Assembly (NCBI GenBank): GCA_002269645.1
Contig: NIVC01001696.1
Location: 124,001 to 188,000 of the forward strand
Length of the DNA: 64,000 nucleotides
Direction: 5' to 3'
Source of the DNA: Macrostomum lignano
Taxonomy: Eukaryota
Each line of letters begins with the position of its first letter. Positions within the stretch are counted from its first letter, which is position 1. Both the position numbers and the translations under genes were made by a program. Positions 27,198 through 40,293 of this stretch are shown here, one piece after another. Below the pieces are notes generated by a model. It searched no databases, was not told the origin of the DNA, and saw only the letters and a program-made list of their open reading frames with translations.

Positions 27198-28410
27198 TTC
27201 TTAGGCGATTTTAATTTATACTTAGTCAATGATTTATTTACTCGGTTTGAGAAAAGTAATAAATAGCTATTAACAATACAGTCAATTAATTTAGTAAGAA
27301 TATGCAATTACAATCAGACTCAATATCCACTCACGATAATAAAAATACGGAATCGGGAATTTCAAAAATTGCTCGGGCGTTGCTTGTGATAGTTATAACA
27401 CAAATTTTAAAAAAATAACACAAGCCAAAAATATATTCAGTAAGAAATGATAATTTCTGTGTTAAAAATAAAAAACGCTATAAATCAAAAGCACTGTTTA
27501 ATACTAAAATCTTTTACGTGCAAATGATTAGAACTTTCAAATGACGCGTTTTCTTCGAAGCACTGCATTTGACATTATGTTTTTTTAAAAGATTGAATTG
27601 TGTGCTAGTAGCACTTCGATGGTCCTTAATGAATAATGAAATGAAGGGTAGCGTGAACGATCTTCGAACTAAATTCTAGGCAGGTATTTGTATTTTTATT
27701 CGTATTTATCTAAAAACTTGTGATAATTCGGAGAACTTTTCATTTATTATGGAGTTTTTTTACATCTCGCTTTGTTGGACAGAATCATGTGACACGCGCC
27801 GCTAATGGTCGCTATAAGAGTTTCAGATATAATAATGTGTATAATGTGATAGAAATTTATTTTTGCAACTAGTAATTATGGTTTGATAAATTATCTTGTA
27901 AAGAATAAAAACAAGCTCATGCTTTTTGTGATTTTGTTGTTAGCGATCGAGTTTTTTATCTACTAGTAGGAATCGATTAATCACATTTTTTTCGATATAT
28001 GTATGCAATAATGTACTGTGTGAATATAACTTTTTTATATTAATTTCTATCATTCTGGCTTGATTAAAGTAATGTATTTGTATTATCTTTTTATATGGTA
28101 GCTACCACATTCATCACATGTACACACACTATAGAAGTGCATGCATGCATTCATAATTGACATATGAATTAACGATCGGAATGCTCTGTAAAATTATATT
28201 TTTGAACTTAGAACCCATACATGTATTTAAAAGCAGTATTAATGCGAGTAACAATTTTTCCACTACCTGTCCGTGTCTACTTTTAGTAGTTTCTAAGTGA
28301 CATTTTAACATTATTTTTTCTTAGCAATTACAAGCCGGAGATTTTTATCTATGAATAAATGCAAAAACACAAAAATAGGTTTATGTCAGGTTGTCAGGTA
28401 GAGCCCTCTT

Positions 28411-28756
28411 CAAGACAGACACCCAATTCGTCAAGACACAGACACCCAATTCGAGACACAGACACCCAATCAAGACACAGACACCCAATTTAAGACACAG
28501 ACACCCAATTTAAGAAACAGACACCCAATTCAAGACAAAGACATCCAATTCAAGACACAGACACCCAATTCAAGACACAGACATCCAATTCAAGACACAG
28601 ACATCCAATTCAAGACACAGACATCCAATTCAAGACACAGACACCCAATTCAAGACACAGACATCCAATTCAAGACACAGACACCCAATTCAAGACACAG
28701 ACATCCAATTCAAGACACAGACACCCAATTCAAGACACAGACACCCAATTCAACAC
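28411..28756. repeat. 20-bp tandem repeat CAAGACACAGACACCCAATT (~16 units)
   Basis: Direct reading. Confidence 0.95.
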
Positions 28757-30397
28757 AGGCAGTCGCAGAACGTGATAGATACATACATGTACTTTACATT
28801 AACTGTTTTTAAAGCAGCAGTTCTCTAATATCAATAAATACCTTGATACTAATGCAGTTGACACTAAAGATTTCAAACATGAAAAACTCTCTTTACATGC
28901 ATACATGTACACTTCCACACTACTCATTAGATTAAGCTAGGATTATGATTTTAGAGCGAATGAGCTCAAATAGAAGCTTAGAATAGCTCTGAGTCTAAGT
29001 TTTCAGTTGGTCTCTGGGCTGTTTACAATTTGGTTTGGTAAACAATAAGAGTAGAACTGTTTGGTGAGGGCGCCCTGCTGCGGCTGTGCAAAATACAGCC
29101 CTAAGCTCGTATAAAGCTTTGTAAGACTAAAATGCAACTCTCAAGTGTTGAGCAAACTTGAAGCAGGAGACGGCGAGGGAGAGAGCTTGACTAGCGAACT
29201 CCCCACCCATTGCTGGACTTATATTTTCTGCTTCTAAAAGAGTACTAAACCTCTATATAGTCATAATAGCCGCGCGTGCTTTTTTATTTTTCTTTCTCAG
29301 CAAGCGCCATCATATGATTTAGCATTGGCAGAAAACGTCCTTCAAATGAACTCAGAGAGAGAGAGAGAGAGTGAGAGAGAGAGGGAAACGGAACTTATTG
29401 TAAAGTCTAATTCTTTTCTATTGCTAACGCCGCTGAAAAAGAAAGATTTCTGTATTTCTTTTCAACGACGGGATCGAGAGGGGAGAGAGGAAGAGAGCGA
29501 AACGGTGGTGTACAGACAGCGTCTCTTGGGGCGGGTAGATGACCTGCTGTGAGGGGATCAAAGCCTAGAGAGTTAGCCATACTCTCTTAGCGGTTGCATC
29601 GTAAAAGAAGAAGCAGAATTGAGAGGAGAGTGAAGCGGAAGGATTTCACACTGGGGGGGGGGGATCAGAAGGGGAGAGGAGGGATAGAGAGAAAGCAGCT
29701 GTATTCTCTCTCCCAGTCCCATGGCAGCGGGCAGAAACTGTTCAACCTCTTTCCCATGAAGCGTAGACGAGAACTGAAGCCCGCTGTTCTCCTATCGATC
29801 GACGTGAGCTCACTCCCTGGGCCCTGTTTTCGACGCTTGTCGCGCACTTAAGCTGCGGCTGCAGAGTGCGGAATGGCCTGGATGGCCGTCGGGGCGAGGA
29901 GCGGGGTAGAGCGGGTAGAGAGAGACTGCCTGGGTCTGAGGGGAGGTGGTCGCCGGTTTTTAGTCTACGCACGTTGGCGTCGGGGGTTTCGGGTTGGAGG
30001 ACCAACCCCCACCATCCCCTCCCCCCCAGCGGTTGTTCAGTGGCCGCCCCCAAAGGCGAGGAAAAGAAAACCCATGGCGGAGTGGAGGCTGCTGTTTCGT
30101 CAGTGCAGCGAGTGCGACCAATACCAGCCTGCCTAAAAAGGCTAATAGCTATAGTAGCCTAGACAAAAATCTATATTGCCGATCAAAACAGTGCTTCTGA
30201 GCCCCATGCTCACTCACCACCCCTGTCTGATTTGAGGGCGATTGAATTATAATATATAACTGGAAAAAATTGTCACTGCCATTGTTCAACCCTGAACTGA
30301 AGCTGCAGTCGCACAACCAATCATCCATTGGATTTTGTATACAACAGAGCTCATTGCTCCATTGTACAACTCGCCGACTACTTACCGATAAGTCGAC

Positions 30398-31418
30398 ATG
30401 GGCAACCAAGCCACATCAAGCCAGTCGCAGCAACAGCAGCAGCCTCAGACGCCGCCAAAGCAGCTGCAAACACGCCAGCCCGTGAAGCGAAATGAGCGTC
30501 AGTTGAAGAAGCCCAACTGGCTGTCCGGAGGAAAATCCCGTCAGTCTGGCGCCACCAGTGCAGCAGCAGCAACAGCAGCAGCCTCTGGGACACCTAAGAT
30601 GAGCAACGGCAGCAATGGGAAAGCGAAGACGGCGGAGCCTGCTGTGGTGACCGGCGCCAGCACTGCCGGCAAGGAGAGGCAGACGCAGCCGCCGAAGACT
30701 CTAACGCAGGAGACGAGCCGGGAGACAGAGGCCAGAGTCGTGGTGGCAGAGCTGACCCCAACGCCGGACTCTGCTAATCGCACCTGGTCCGAGGACGTCT
30801 CGCTGCCACCGCCAACGCAGGAGAGTCAGCCTGTTGATGCCAAGGAGGCCAAGACTGTCCCGGGCCATCGTCAGCGAGACAGCGGCATCTCCCAGCTGAG
30901 CACCGAAGAGTTTGAGCGCGCTTTCGAAGAGCTGGCATCTCGCTGCGAAGAAGACCGGCGTCATCGATCGGCGTCGCCCGAGCCGGCCACCTCTCCGCCA
31001 GAGGAAACTGAGGAGCGCCACGAACTTCTGGGCCCGCGGCTGCGTCCGCAGCGGTCGCCAACAATGCGACACCAGGCCCGGGGAGCCGCTGATGCTGCCG
31101 CAGCGGCCATCGTGGCTACTGAGGAGCAGCTTCTGCTTCGTCAGGAGCTGCTGATGACGCCCTCCAGCTTAGCCAACGATTCCGGCCGACACTCCGCCTG
31201 CAGCGTCATCAACGATGATCACCTGTTTCCGGACGCCGTGACACCCTGCAAGGTGGACAGCGGACTCCTGAACGACTACGACGTGCCCTACATGGACGAC
31301 GAGACATTCTTCGTCTTAGACGACTGGTACATCACGGACGACAGCCGGTGGTCCTACTTGCGCAGATCTGAAGCGCCTCAGTTGGCCAGCTTCGAGGACT
31401 GTCAGCTGACCGTCTCAG
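30398..31418 (+). CDS. First coding exon of an unidentified, largely disordered protein with an N-myristoylation-type start
   Basis: GC-rich 340-codon open frame MGNQAT..., low-complexity Q/A/S/P/E, ending at a strong donor CAG|GTGAGA (31419) where composition switches to AT-rich. Downstream exons not found. Confidence 0.65.
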
Positions 31419-32061
31419 GTGAGATATTGTACTGTGTAACATTATTGCTTAATTTACATGAATCTGTTCTACTATTGATATTTTATCGCAGTTTTATCGG
31501 TTAAAAAGTCACAGGGAATCTTCCATAAAATATTACGCTGAATCTCACAAATCCTACATCGAATCTCTTTGTTACTTGTTAATCTTTGGGGCGAGTTGTT
31601 GCGTAAAGTCAAAGCGTGTGTTCCTTCTACATAGAAATTGGTTCCCTCGCACCCAGCAGTCTGTTGCTTTGGCCCGAATATGGAGGAAAGATGGAAGGAA
31701 AGCGGAAAAAGGTTAAAGTGAGCGAAAATCCCGTCTATGGCCGTTAATCTTTCAATCCTCGACGCCGCTGGGTAAAAAGCGCTAACTTCTTACCTCCCAC
31801 CAAACGATTCCCCTTGCAAGAAAGATATCTACTGCAGGTCAAGCTAGAGTGTAGAAAGCAAGGATCTGGGGAAGCAGTGATAGCAGATATGGGGTTTGCA
31901 GCTTCGATAGATGCTCGCAAGATGCAGGCAGAAGGGATCTAGCAGGGGACCGCTAGCTTGCGCTGTATAGTATAAGTATCATAAATGGACAGAAGGATAC
32001 TACACTAGATTTCTGTAGCTAGTTCACGAAATTTTTACTTGTGTGTTATCTCAACGACTGC

Positions 32062-32434
32062 CTCTTGAGCCTTGGCATCTCAGCAACTCCCCTATATGAG
32101 CCTTGGCATCTCAGCAACTCCCTCTTGAGCCTTGGCATCTCAGCAACTCCCCTATATGAGCCTTGGCATCTCAGCAACTCCCTCTTGAGCCTTGGCATCT
32201 CAGCAACTCCCCTATATGAGCCTTGGCATCTCAGCAACTCCCTCTTGAGCCTTGGCATCTCAGCAACTCCCTCTTGAGTCTTGGGATCCCAGCAACTCCC
32301 TTATGAGCCTTGGCATCTCAAAAAATCCCCCTGTGAGCCTTGGCATCTCAGCAACTCCCTCTTGAGTCTTGGGATCCCAGCAACTCCCTCTGTGAACCTT
32401 GGCATCTCAAAAACTCCCTCTTGAGCTTTGGCAT
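32062..32434. repeat. 29/31-bp tandem repeat GAGCCTTGGCATCTCAGCAACTCCC(CTATAT/TCTT), forming a 60-bp dimer
   Basis: About 12 units, with alternating 31- and 29-bp variants in the left half. Confidence 0.93.
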
Positions 32435-32865
32435 TTTTTACATCAGATTAAATACAAAATGTAAAGCCGGTTAATTAAAAGATTATTCTCCTGCAGCAAA
32501 TTGTCAACACCGCTAGCTGTTTTCAACTCTAGTTTTCACCACTTAAAAATGTCTTTCTTCACTTTCGAAACGGAATGCTTGGAGGAGCTCGCATGCTTCT
32601 ATTTTTAGCTTCCTTTTGAGTATTGCTTTTTTATATTATCAAGTTGAGTTCTTTAGAAAAATTTAAAGAGGCTACTTTTTGCCTTTTGCATTTTTAACTT
32701 TTAATTTTTTAACTAATGGGTAGGTAAAAGTACACGTGTCCTGAAAAATTATTCCGCCAATTAAACAAAAACTACATGTACATCTAGTTTCTGAATTTTT
32801 CTTATCTTTGCATGGATTAATGTCATCTACTACATTTAACTGTATCTCAATCTATCTACCTTCAT

Positions 32866-33615
32866 CTCACCGCCTCTATCCCCATCTCCCCGCCTCCATC
32901 CCATCTCCCCGCCCCCATCCCATCTCCCCGCCTCCATCCCATCTCCCCGCCTCCATCCCATCTCCCCGCCTCCATCCCATCTCCCCGCCTCCATCCCCAT
33001 CTCCCCGCCCCATCCCATCTCCCCGCCCCCATCCCATCTCCCCGCCCCCATCCCATCTCCCCGCCCCCATCCCATCTCCCCGCCTCCATCCCATCTCCCC
33101 GCCCCATCCCATCTCCCCGCCCCATCCCATCTCCCCGCCCCCATCCCATCTCCCCGCCCCCATCCCATCTCCCCGCCTCCATCCCATCTCCCCGCCCCAT
33201 CCCATCTCTCCGCCTCCATCCCCATCTCCCCGCCTCTATCCCCATCTCCCCGCATCTATCACCATCTCCCCCGCATCTATCCCCGTATCCCCGCATCTAT
33301 CACCATCTCCCCCGCATCTATCCCATCTCCCCGCATCTATCCCCATCTCCCCGCCCCCATCCCATCTCCCCGCCCCCATCCCATCTCCCCGCCCCCATCC
33401 CATCTCCCCGCATCTATCCCCATCTCCCCGCATCCCTCCCCATCTCCCCGCATCTATCCCCATCTCCCCGCATCTATCCTCCTCTCCATGCATTTATCCC
33501 CATCTCCCCCGCATCTATTCCCGTCTCCCCGCATCTATTCCCGTCTCCCCGCATCTATCTTCATCTTCCTGCATCTACGAGTATCTTAATCTCCCCGCCT
33601 CATCCCTATCTCCAC
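32866..33615. repeat. Pyrimidine-rich ~18-19-bp repeat (CCCATCTCCCCGCC[T/C]CCAT)n; G-rich on the minus strand
   Basis: Direct reading; the minus strand has dense GGG/GGGG runs. Confidence 0.95.
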
Positions 33616-36600
33616 ATTTATCTCCATCTCCTCGCCTCGATTCCCATAATTTTATCTCCCACTTTAGCAACTGAGCTTCCGTACAAGGGAAAGTCATTTC
33701 ACTTTCATATTGAGAGAATTATCGTTATATTGTCATGCGGTGAATCCTACTGACCGGCATTTGGGATTTGAATCGCGCAAAGGTGAGGGATTTAGCTTCA
33801 AGCCGGGGGCCATAAGCTCCCAGATTGGCACTCTGTTTATTCCCCATTTTTCATCCCCTCCTCCGTCGGGGTCGGGGTTCCCTCTTACGATTCACCCCAG
33901 GCAGACAGGCCTTATCAACGCAGCACAGCAGAGTAGTCTTTCAGCTGCCTCTTCTCTCCCTTCTGATTAGCCCGCTTTTTTGCGTATATTCCAGCTGCCT
34001 CCCGCACTGAATTGCATCGGTGCTAAATTATTTGGTAGGGTCGGGTCTTCGTTGGGGTTGAATATTTCCTAGCTGGTATATCTATATCGCTTAGTGTGTA
34101 CCCCTGGTTAAGCTGTCGGCGCACAAGCGACTGCCCTTTTGCAGACCGGTTCCACGATTTTGTTTGCATGGCAATGCTTTAATTTTGGAGGGTGGGGCGT
34201 AGCCCAGTAGTCTGGGCCGGCGCTCTGATGTGCTAGCGGCCCAGGCTCGATTCCAAGTGCAGTCACATTAATTTGAGGCTAAATTGGAATCTCGGCTTGG
34301 CTCTGCTCGTGCAATTAACATTTTTTTCTCCGGCTTTTAAGTTTACGATGGCATAATAAAATTATATATACTGTCTGTATGAACGTCATGTTTCTAAAAA
34401 AACAGAAATAAATAAATTATTTCACTCCTTTGTGTACGTTTATGTTAACATCATAAGTATTTACATGCACTATACTATCGTATACTATACTATACTATTG
34501 TTTACAAGTAATTGCAATCGTGAAGGACACAGGGCTGTTTCTAAAAATAGATCAATCGATAACTTTCAGTACCTAAAATGTGCATCCATTTGTACTAAGC
34601 CATGATGAATATATGATGAAAGTACTACATGTACTTCAAAAATGGAGGCTGTTGCAAGTTAACAAGTTGCAATGCAAAAATTATTGCTTTTTATATACGT
34701 CTTTGTAGTTGGATTGGAGTCAACTACATATAGGTTATATCTACCTCTTAGTTGCCATCAATTACATTCGTTAGGTTTATTTTATTTTATCTTATTTATC
34801 AAATTTTCTGGATTTGAAGCCTATTGGGCCATAGGTAGGAAATAATTGTCTTCAAGATTTAAAAGACTAATTTAAGATGACGCCCAGATGTGCTATGATT
34901 AAAAATCGATACCCTTGACCTGAGACAATCGGGGGTTACAAGATCTTTGTAACGCACAAGTACATCATTGCCGTTGTCATGGAGCTTCAAGAGCATCCAC
35001 ATGCATTCTTTTCTTCATGCATGACTTCACGGAAAGCCTCTGTATTAGACGCCACCTAGAAAACCGTATTGGGAAAAAGGTTGTTATAACAAGAACAGCA
35101 ATTCTCTAGTAATTGCATTGTAAAAATGTAAAGATAACACGCTCGTTAGTAGTTATTTTAATGCAAGAAAAGCTTAGAAGCCAGAGACAGAGACAGACAG
35201 GACAGGGGGCGACGGTTAGACTTGCTTTTGTCTTGTAGTTTTTTCAGTTTTACACTTTTATTTCCATATTTGGCTTGTTAAATTTCTGCTCAGGGGGAAT
35301 TGCAAACATTAGAAAAATTTCGCGTATCGGTGCGTGGGCAGTATCGGTATTGATTTTGTTGTGATCGATCTCACTGATCCGATTATGATTGTCGCATGTT
35401 ACTCGTAACCTGAGAAGTATTTAGCTTTCTGGCTACTCAAGTACAAGCGGGGGTTACTCAAGTGTCCAAGCTAGAATTTTGTGACTCTATACTTATTTAA
35501 TTAAGATCTATACTCAAAGTAGCTTATATTCCCTTTTAATTGATTGTAGTTCCGCTAAATGACATCCGGTCAGTAGTCTTAATTCACTGGCTTTACCCCG
35601 CTTTGCCACGCAGGTCCCACCAGTCCAAAGGCGATGCCGCATGGGATTCACAGAGGACGCCTGTTTGGCCTGTGCTTTGGCCTAAAAAAATCCCGGGCAT
35701 GAGCCACTGCACTGCGCTATACAGACTACTGGCGTACAAGACGATAAGTAGGGTGATGCAAACTTAGACTGAAAAAGCTTTTTGCTTTTTATTTTGTTTA
35801 TTTATCGATGTAAGAGTAACTTACTTACATCGATTTTTTTGACTCTAATGCAGCACTCACTTTACCTGACATTGTATTTCTTTTGTTTTTTTGAAAACAT
35901 GAGCGTCTGATTCTTCTTTGTCATTTTGTCATTCCTAATTGCTGACCATATTCAAGGCATTATGTACGGATTTATTCTTGTGTGTGCATCAAAAATGCAA
36001 TTTTCATGACGACGCAATTATTATTTCTAAATACTATAACTTACGTTTTTTCGCACCATTTCAAATGGCTAATACGAGCGTAGTCATCCAGTTGAATCGA
36101 TGTGTAGTGAAACATCCATGACAAGTCAATCATCGAATAGTCATTGTCCAAGACAGTTGAATATCGTACTTTATTGCGCTGCTTTGAAGCTCTGCGCATG
36201 CCCTCTAAATGTCGCATTCTCCTCCTCCGTCGTCTGTACAGTTTGTTAAACTTTTGAACCGAGTTTTTTTGTTTTAATTCAACCCGTTATTTTAGAATGC
36301 CATGTTGGAGGCGTCTTCCATGGCCTTAATAAGATCCTCTCAAATCCCGGCTTTATAATTTTGTTTTTTTTCTAACTCCCCTTGGTTTGTTATTACAGGT
36401 TCCGTGACCTTAACAGGTTTTGTTTGTTCCTTACTGTTTGTGTTTCTCGCTTTTAACCCTTTTTGAAATTTGGCATGTGCATGCAATTTGATAAGATAAT
36501 ATCACGATTGTTGGCCCCCGATGACACCGAAAGACCTTGAGATATAAATTCAATATTAGTTCCCGCTTCATGCACGTGTTTCTATCTGTCATGATTTGAC

Positions 36601-38474
36601 CCGGAGGTAAGCAAATTTTTATTGAACTATTATAGCCTTAATTGTCACCTCCCCTCGCAACTCGTAAAATGCTATCATTCCGCTCCAAAGCTACGACATG
36701 GCAACTAAAATCTATTTAAATCGCTTTAGCTACAGACATTGCGCATCAATTATCAAAGTCCTAGCTGAAGGCAACTTAATTTATCCCGACTAAAATAACT
36801 TTTACACGAGGAAGGTATATGTTAATGCCCTATTATATTGGCTCTTAATAATCTATGCATGTCTTAAAACTTTTGGTCCTACCAAAGTTTGTTTACCCCC
36901 AGTTTCCTGATACTCTAGCAGGCAAGCAGTTAAAAATGTTTTTTCACCACCAGAGGCCATTTATGTATTTAAATATTTAAATAAGTTTAAATTCAATATA
37001 GTTTCATGATTTTCCTGCTATTCGGAGTGGAAAACTTTTCGGTCCGTTGTCGGCAATTTTTGAGTCGCTTGTCAGAGCTCCCGGAAATCTCTTTTTCCGG
37101 GGTTCGGCGCCTCCTTTTGACTCCCGCCGTTTCGCTGTCGGTGTTTCGCCCCGACTGGCGACGGATCGCGGAGTGAGGAGGCGCGCTGCTAGCTGGACTC
37201 TTGCCTGCCGCACGCGATCGAGGAATTCGCTTCGGGCAGAGATTTATTGTACATTTTTATAAGATCGTTGCAAAGGAAGTCAAAAAATGAAGCCGCGTAG
37301 GTAATGGCTGAGTGGTGGTAAGAATTATTTTTGACTGCTTCACATCGAAATAATTAATTAAATTTCAGTTTGACTTTGTCTCCAGATGTATATTTAATTT
37401 TTCAGTGTATAAATGCTCATTACTACTAATCAAAAATACTTCTTTATCGTTTAAATTTGTTTCAAAAACTGTATATTAATTTGTTCAACTCATGGGTGTT
37501 ATGCTATTTGTGAGAAATCGGTTTTTGTTTTTCTTTAGTTTCTTTTTTGGCGCCATTTTGAGTTGATTGTTTTTTCGTTCTAAACGCGTGTTTAATGCCT
37601 GTAAATTTAACTTATTGACTGATATTCACTGTAATATGGCACATCAAAAAGCCTTTTACATTAATGTTTTTCCCTAAAACTATAGACGTTCTGCTTCTTC
37701 CAGTGTCGTCCTGAATAAAGTTCTCAATGCGTAGCGGTCCAATTAAGAAAGAAATATCAGTCAAGAAATTGTTATCATGCAACTTTTGTAGCAGTGCAGT
37801 CGTTTGCTATTCAGTTTTGATGCACGAGCGTGTGTTCAAACATCAACGGAACGAACACACGTATAATAAATTAGTGTGCAATTATGTTACAAAGCAAGAA
37901 ATTTTATAATTCAGTAATTTTTTTCGGCAGTTTTTTATTCCGTTTTTTATTTATCGAAGCTTACTTAGTTTCAACGTTAAACGTTTGCATAGCAGCCAAA
38001 GTTGAAGCTTTCAAACATGAAAGATATTTACTGAACCATACTGCCTATAATCAATGTAGTCATTATCGCCTAGTTGGTAGGTCGTAGTAAGCAGAAAAAT
38101 ATCGTACTGTATTTTTACCGTAGAACGTTGTATTCTTACTTTTTTGGATATATTTTACTGTAGTACCTTTTAATACAGCCTTATACAGTCCTTATCTTCT
38201 GTAGGTTACTATCAAAGTTAGTTGCATCAATGCCCAGGGTATATATTACGCATATTAGTCTTATAGGGCCAGCTAGAAACACAGATATAAGAACAACTAA
38301 TACCGCCCATATATCAATGCAAGACACCTGTGCTCTGCGCCATTTTTCTCTCCAGCCCGAGAAGCCACGAGCAGAATTTTCAATAAGCCTGCTCAAGGCA
38401 AGGAAAGCAGTCTGCCGAGTTTTAAAACAAAAACATTCTGCAATCAAACGCCTGTCGTAGAAGCTTGACCTGAA

Positions 38475-40293
38475 ATGCCTGGCGGTGAAACTGTGACTTC
38501 TTCGTCAGTGGTGACGGCAGCTGCTGTTGCAGCAACCGCAGTCGGGTTATTAAGCGCCTCTCGACTGGTACGTCGTTGGCGGCGTTCGCGACATCTGTCC
38601 GCGCTTCGCTCTCGTCTCCAGGCAGCCTATCGAGAGGCGAAGACTCGCTTTGGCGAGCACATTAACGAGGAGGTGCGTCGACAGCAGCTGACAGACAGTG
38701 AGAAGTCGGAAATTTTAAGTCTAAGCACCGGCGAGCTACTGAGTCGGCTGCGAGCCAAGTCACTGGATCCCGCACGCGTTCTACTTGCTTACCAGGCAAG
38801 AGCTTACGAAGTTGACCGCGACCTGAACTGCGTCATCGAGTTCTTGCAGCCGGACCTGGCCGAAGTCAATCTAGACGGCCCACTCGCAGGTCTACCAATC
38901 AGCATCAAGGAGAGCATGGCTGTAAAGGGTAAATACAGCTGCTTTGGACTGGCGGCCTTTGCTGAGAAACCATTGCCAACGGAGGACTGTTCCACGGTGA
39001 AAATCCTGCGAGCCCTAGGTGGTGTGCCTTTTGTCCGCACCAGCGTGCCTCAGACGATGATGAGTGTACTCAGCCACAACCCTATCGAGGGAGCGGTGAA
39101 GCACCCAACAGCAGAGAATAGGTCACCTGGTGGCAGCAGCTCCGGTGAAGCGGCGTTGATTGCCGCTGGCGGTTCACCGTTAGGCCTCGGCTCCGACATT
39201 GGAGGCAGCATTCGTCTGCCTGCGGCATGGTGCGGCATCGCCGGATTCAAGCCGACTAGTGGGCGACTGTCGCGTCAGGGACAGCGTAGTGTCAGCGTTC
39301 AGAAACTTGTGCCAGCGTCTTGGGGCCCGATGGGACCGGATGTTGCTTCGCTTGCGGCCTTCATGAAGGCCTTCTGCAACAGTGAATTGCACGGTCAAAT
39401 TGATCCGGGCGTCCCGCCGCTGGGCTTCAATGAGACCATCTATGCTGAGTCGCGTCCCCTTCGAATTGGATTCTACTTGTACGATCACCAGTTCCAGGCA
39501 GTACCGAGCGCTGAACGGGCTGTGAAAGAAACAGTTGATCGACTGGCAAGTCGGGGCCATACAATGGTACCTTGGGACCCGCCAATTCGTCGACTAAACC
39601 TGATGGAGACCTACCTGCGCGCTGTGACCTGCGATGGCGCCGGCATACTTGATGATGCTTTGAACAATGATCGAGTATCGTACGCTGTCAAGCTAGGACT
39701 GCACGCGATTCAAGTAGGCTTCGATTTTGTAGGTCTTGAACAGCACCTCATGCACTTTTTCATGACAACCCGTTGTTCATTTACAGGTACCTTGGCCAGG
39801 TCGATGGGTCCGTCAGCGATGGTGCCGTTTGACAGGTGACTCTGAGACCGAAGAATGGCTCAGGTCGAGCGTCCCAATGCCCAACGTGTTGAGCATGTGG
39901 TACTTCAACCAAGAGGTGACCAGTTTACGCGAGGAATTCATGCACCGCTGGCGAGAAGATAAACTCGACGCTATTATTTGTCCAGCGCTCGGCTGTCCAG
40001 CAGTTGATTTGGAGCCGAAGTCACCATTCAACGGCTGTTTAAGCTATCTGGTACTTTACAACTTGTTCAACTTCCCCGCTGGCAGCGTGCCAGTTACCAG
40101 GGTGACCGCAAGCGACGTAGCAGCGATGTCGAACTACCCAGCTGGCAGGTCGGTTAGTCATGCGACAGTAGCGCGCATGCAGGCTGGCAGCGAAGGCCTG
40201 CCGGTGAGCGTTCAGTGCGCGGCTCTGCCTTGGCGGGACGAGGCCTGCCTGAGTCTTATGCGCGAGGTCGAGGCCGCTTGGCGCGACAAGTAG
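38475..40293 (+). CDS. FAAH: Fatty-acid amide hydrolase-like amidase (amidase signature family), 2 exons, ~581 aa
   Basis: Exons 38475-39713 and 39787-40293 (phase 0, GT-AG). N-terminal hydrophobic anchor, LAGLPISIKES (catalytic Lys), PGGSSSGE and GSDIGGSIRLPA (Ser-Ser), YNLFNFPAGSVPV, GLPVSVQ. Confidence 0.92.

Noticed and set aside
32808-33674. Pro-rich / Gly-rich ORFs
   Set aside because: Translation of a low-complexity repeat.
34194-34260. tRNA gene
   Set aside because: Only degenerate A/B boxes (TAGCCCAGTAG, GGCTCGATTCC) and no acceptor stem; at most a SINE head relic.
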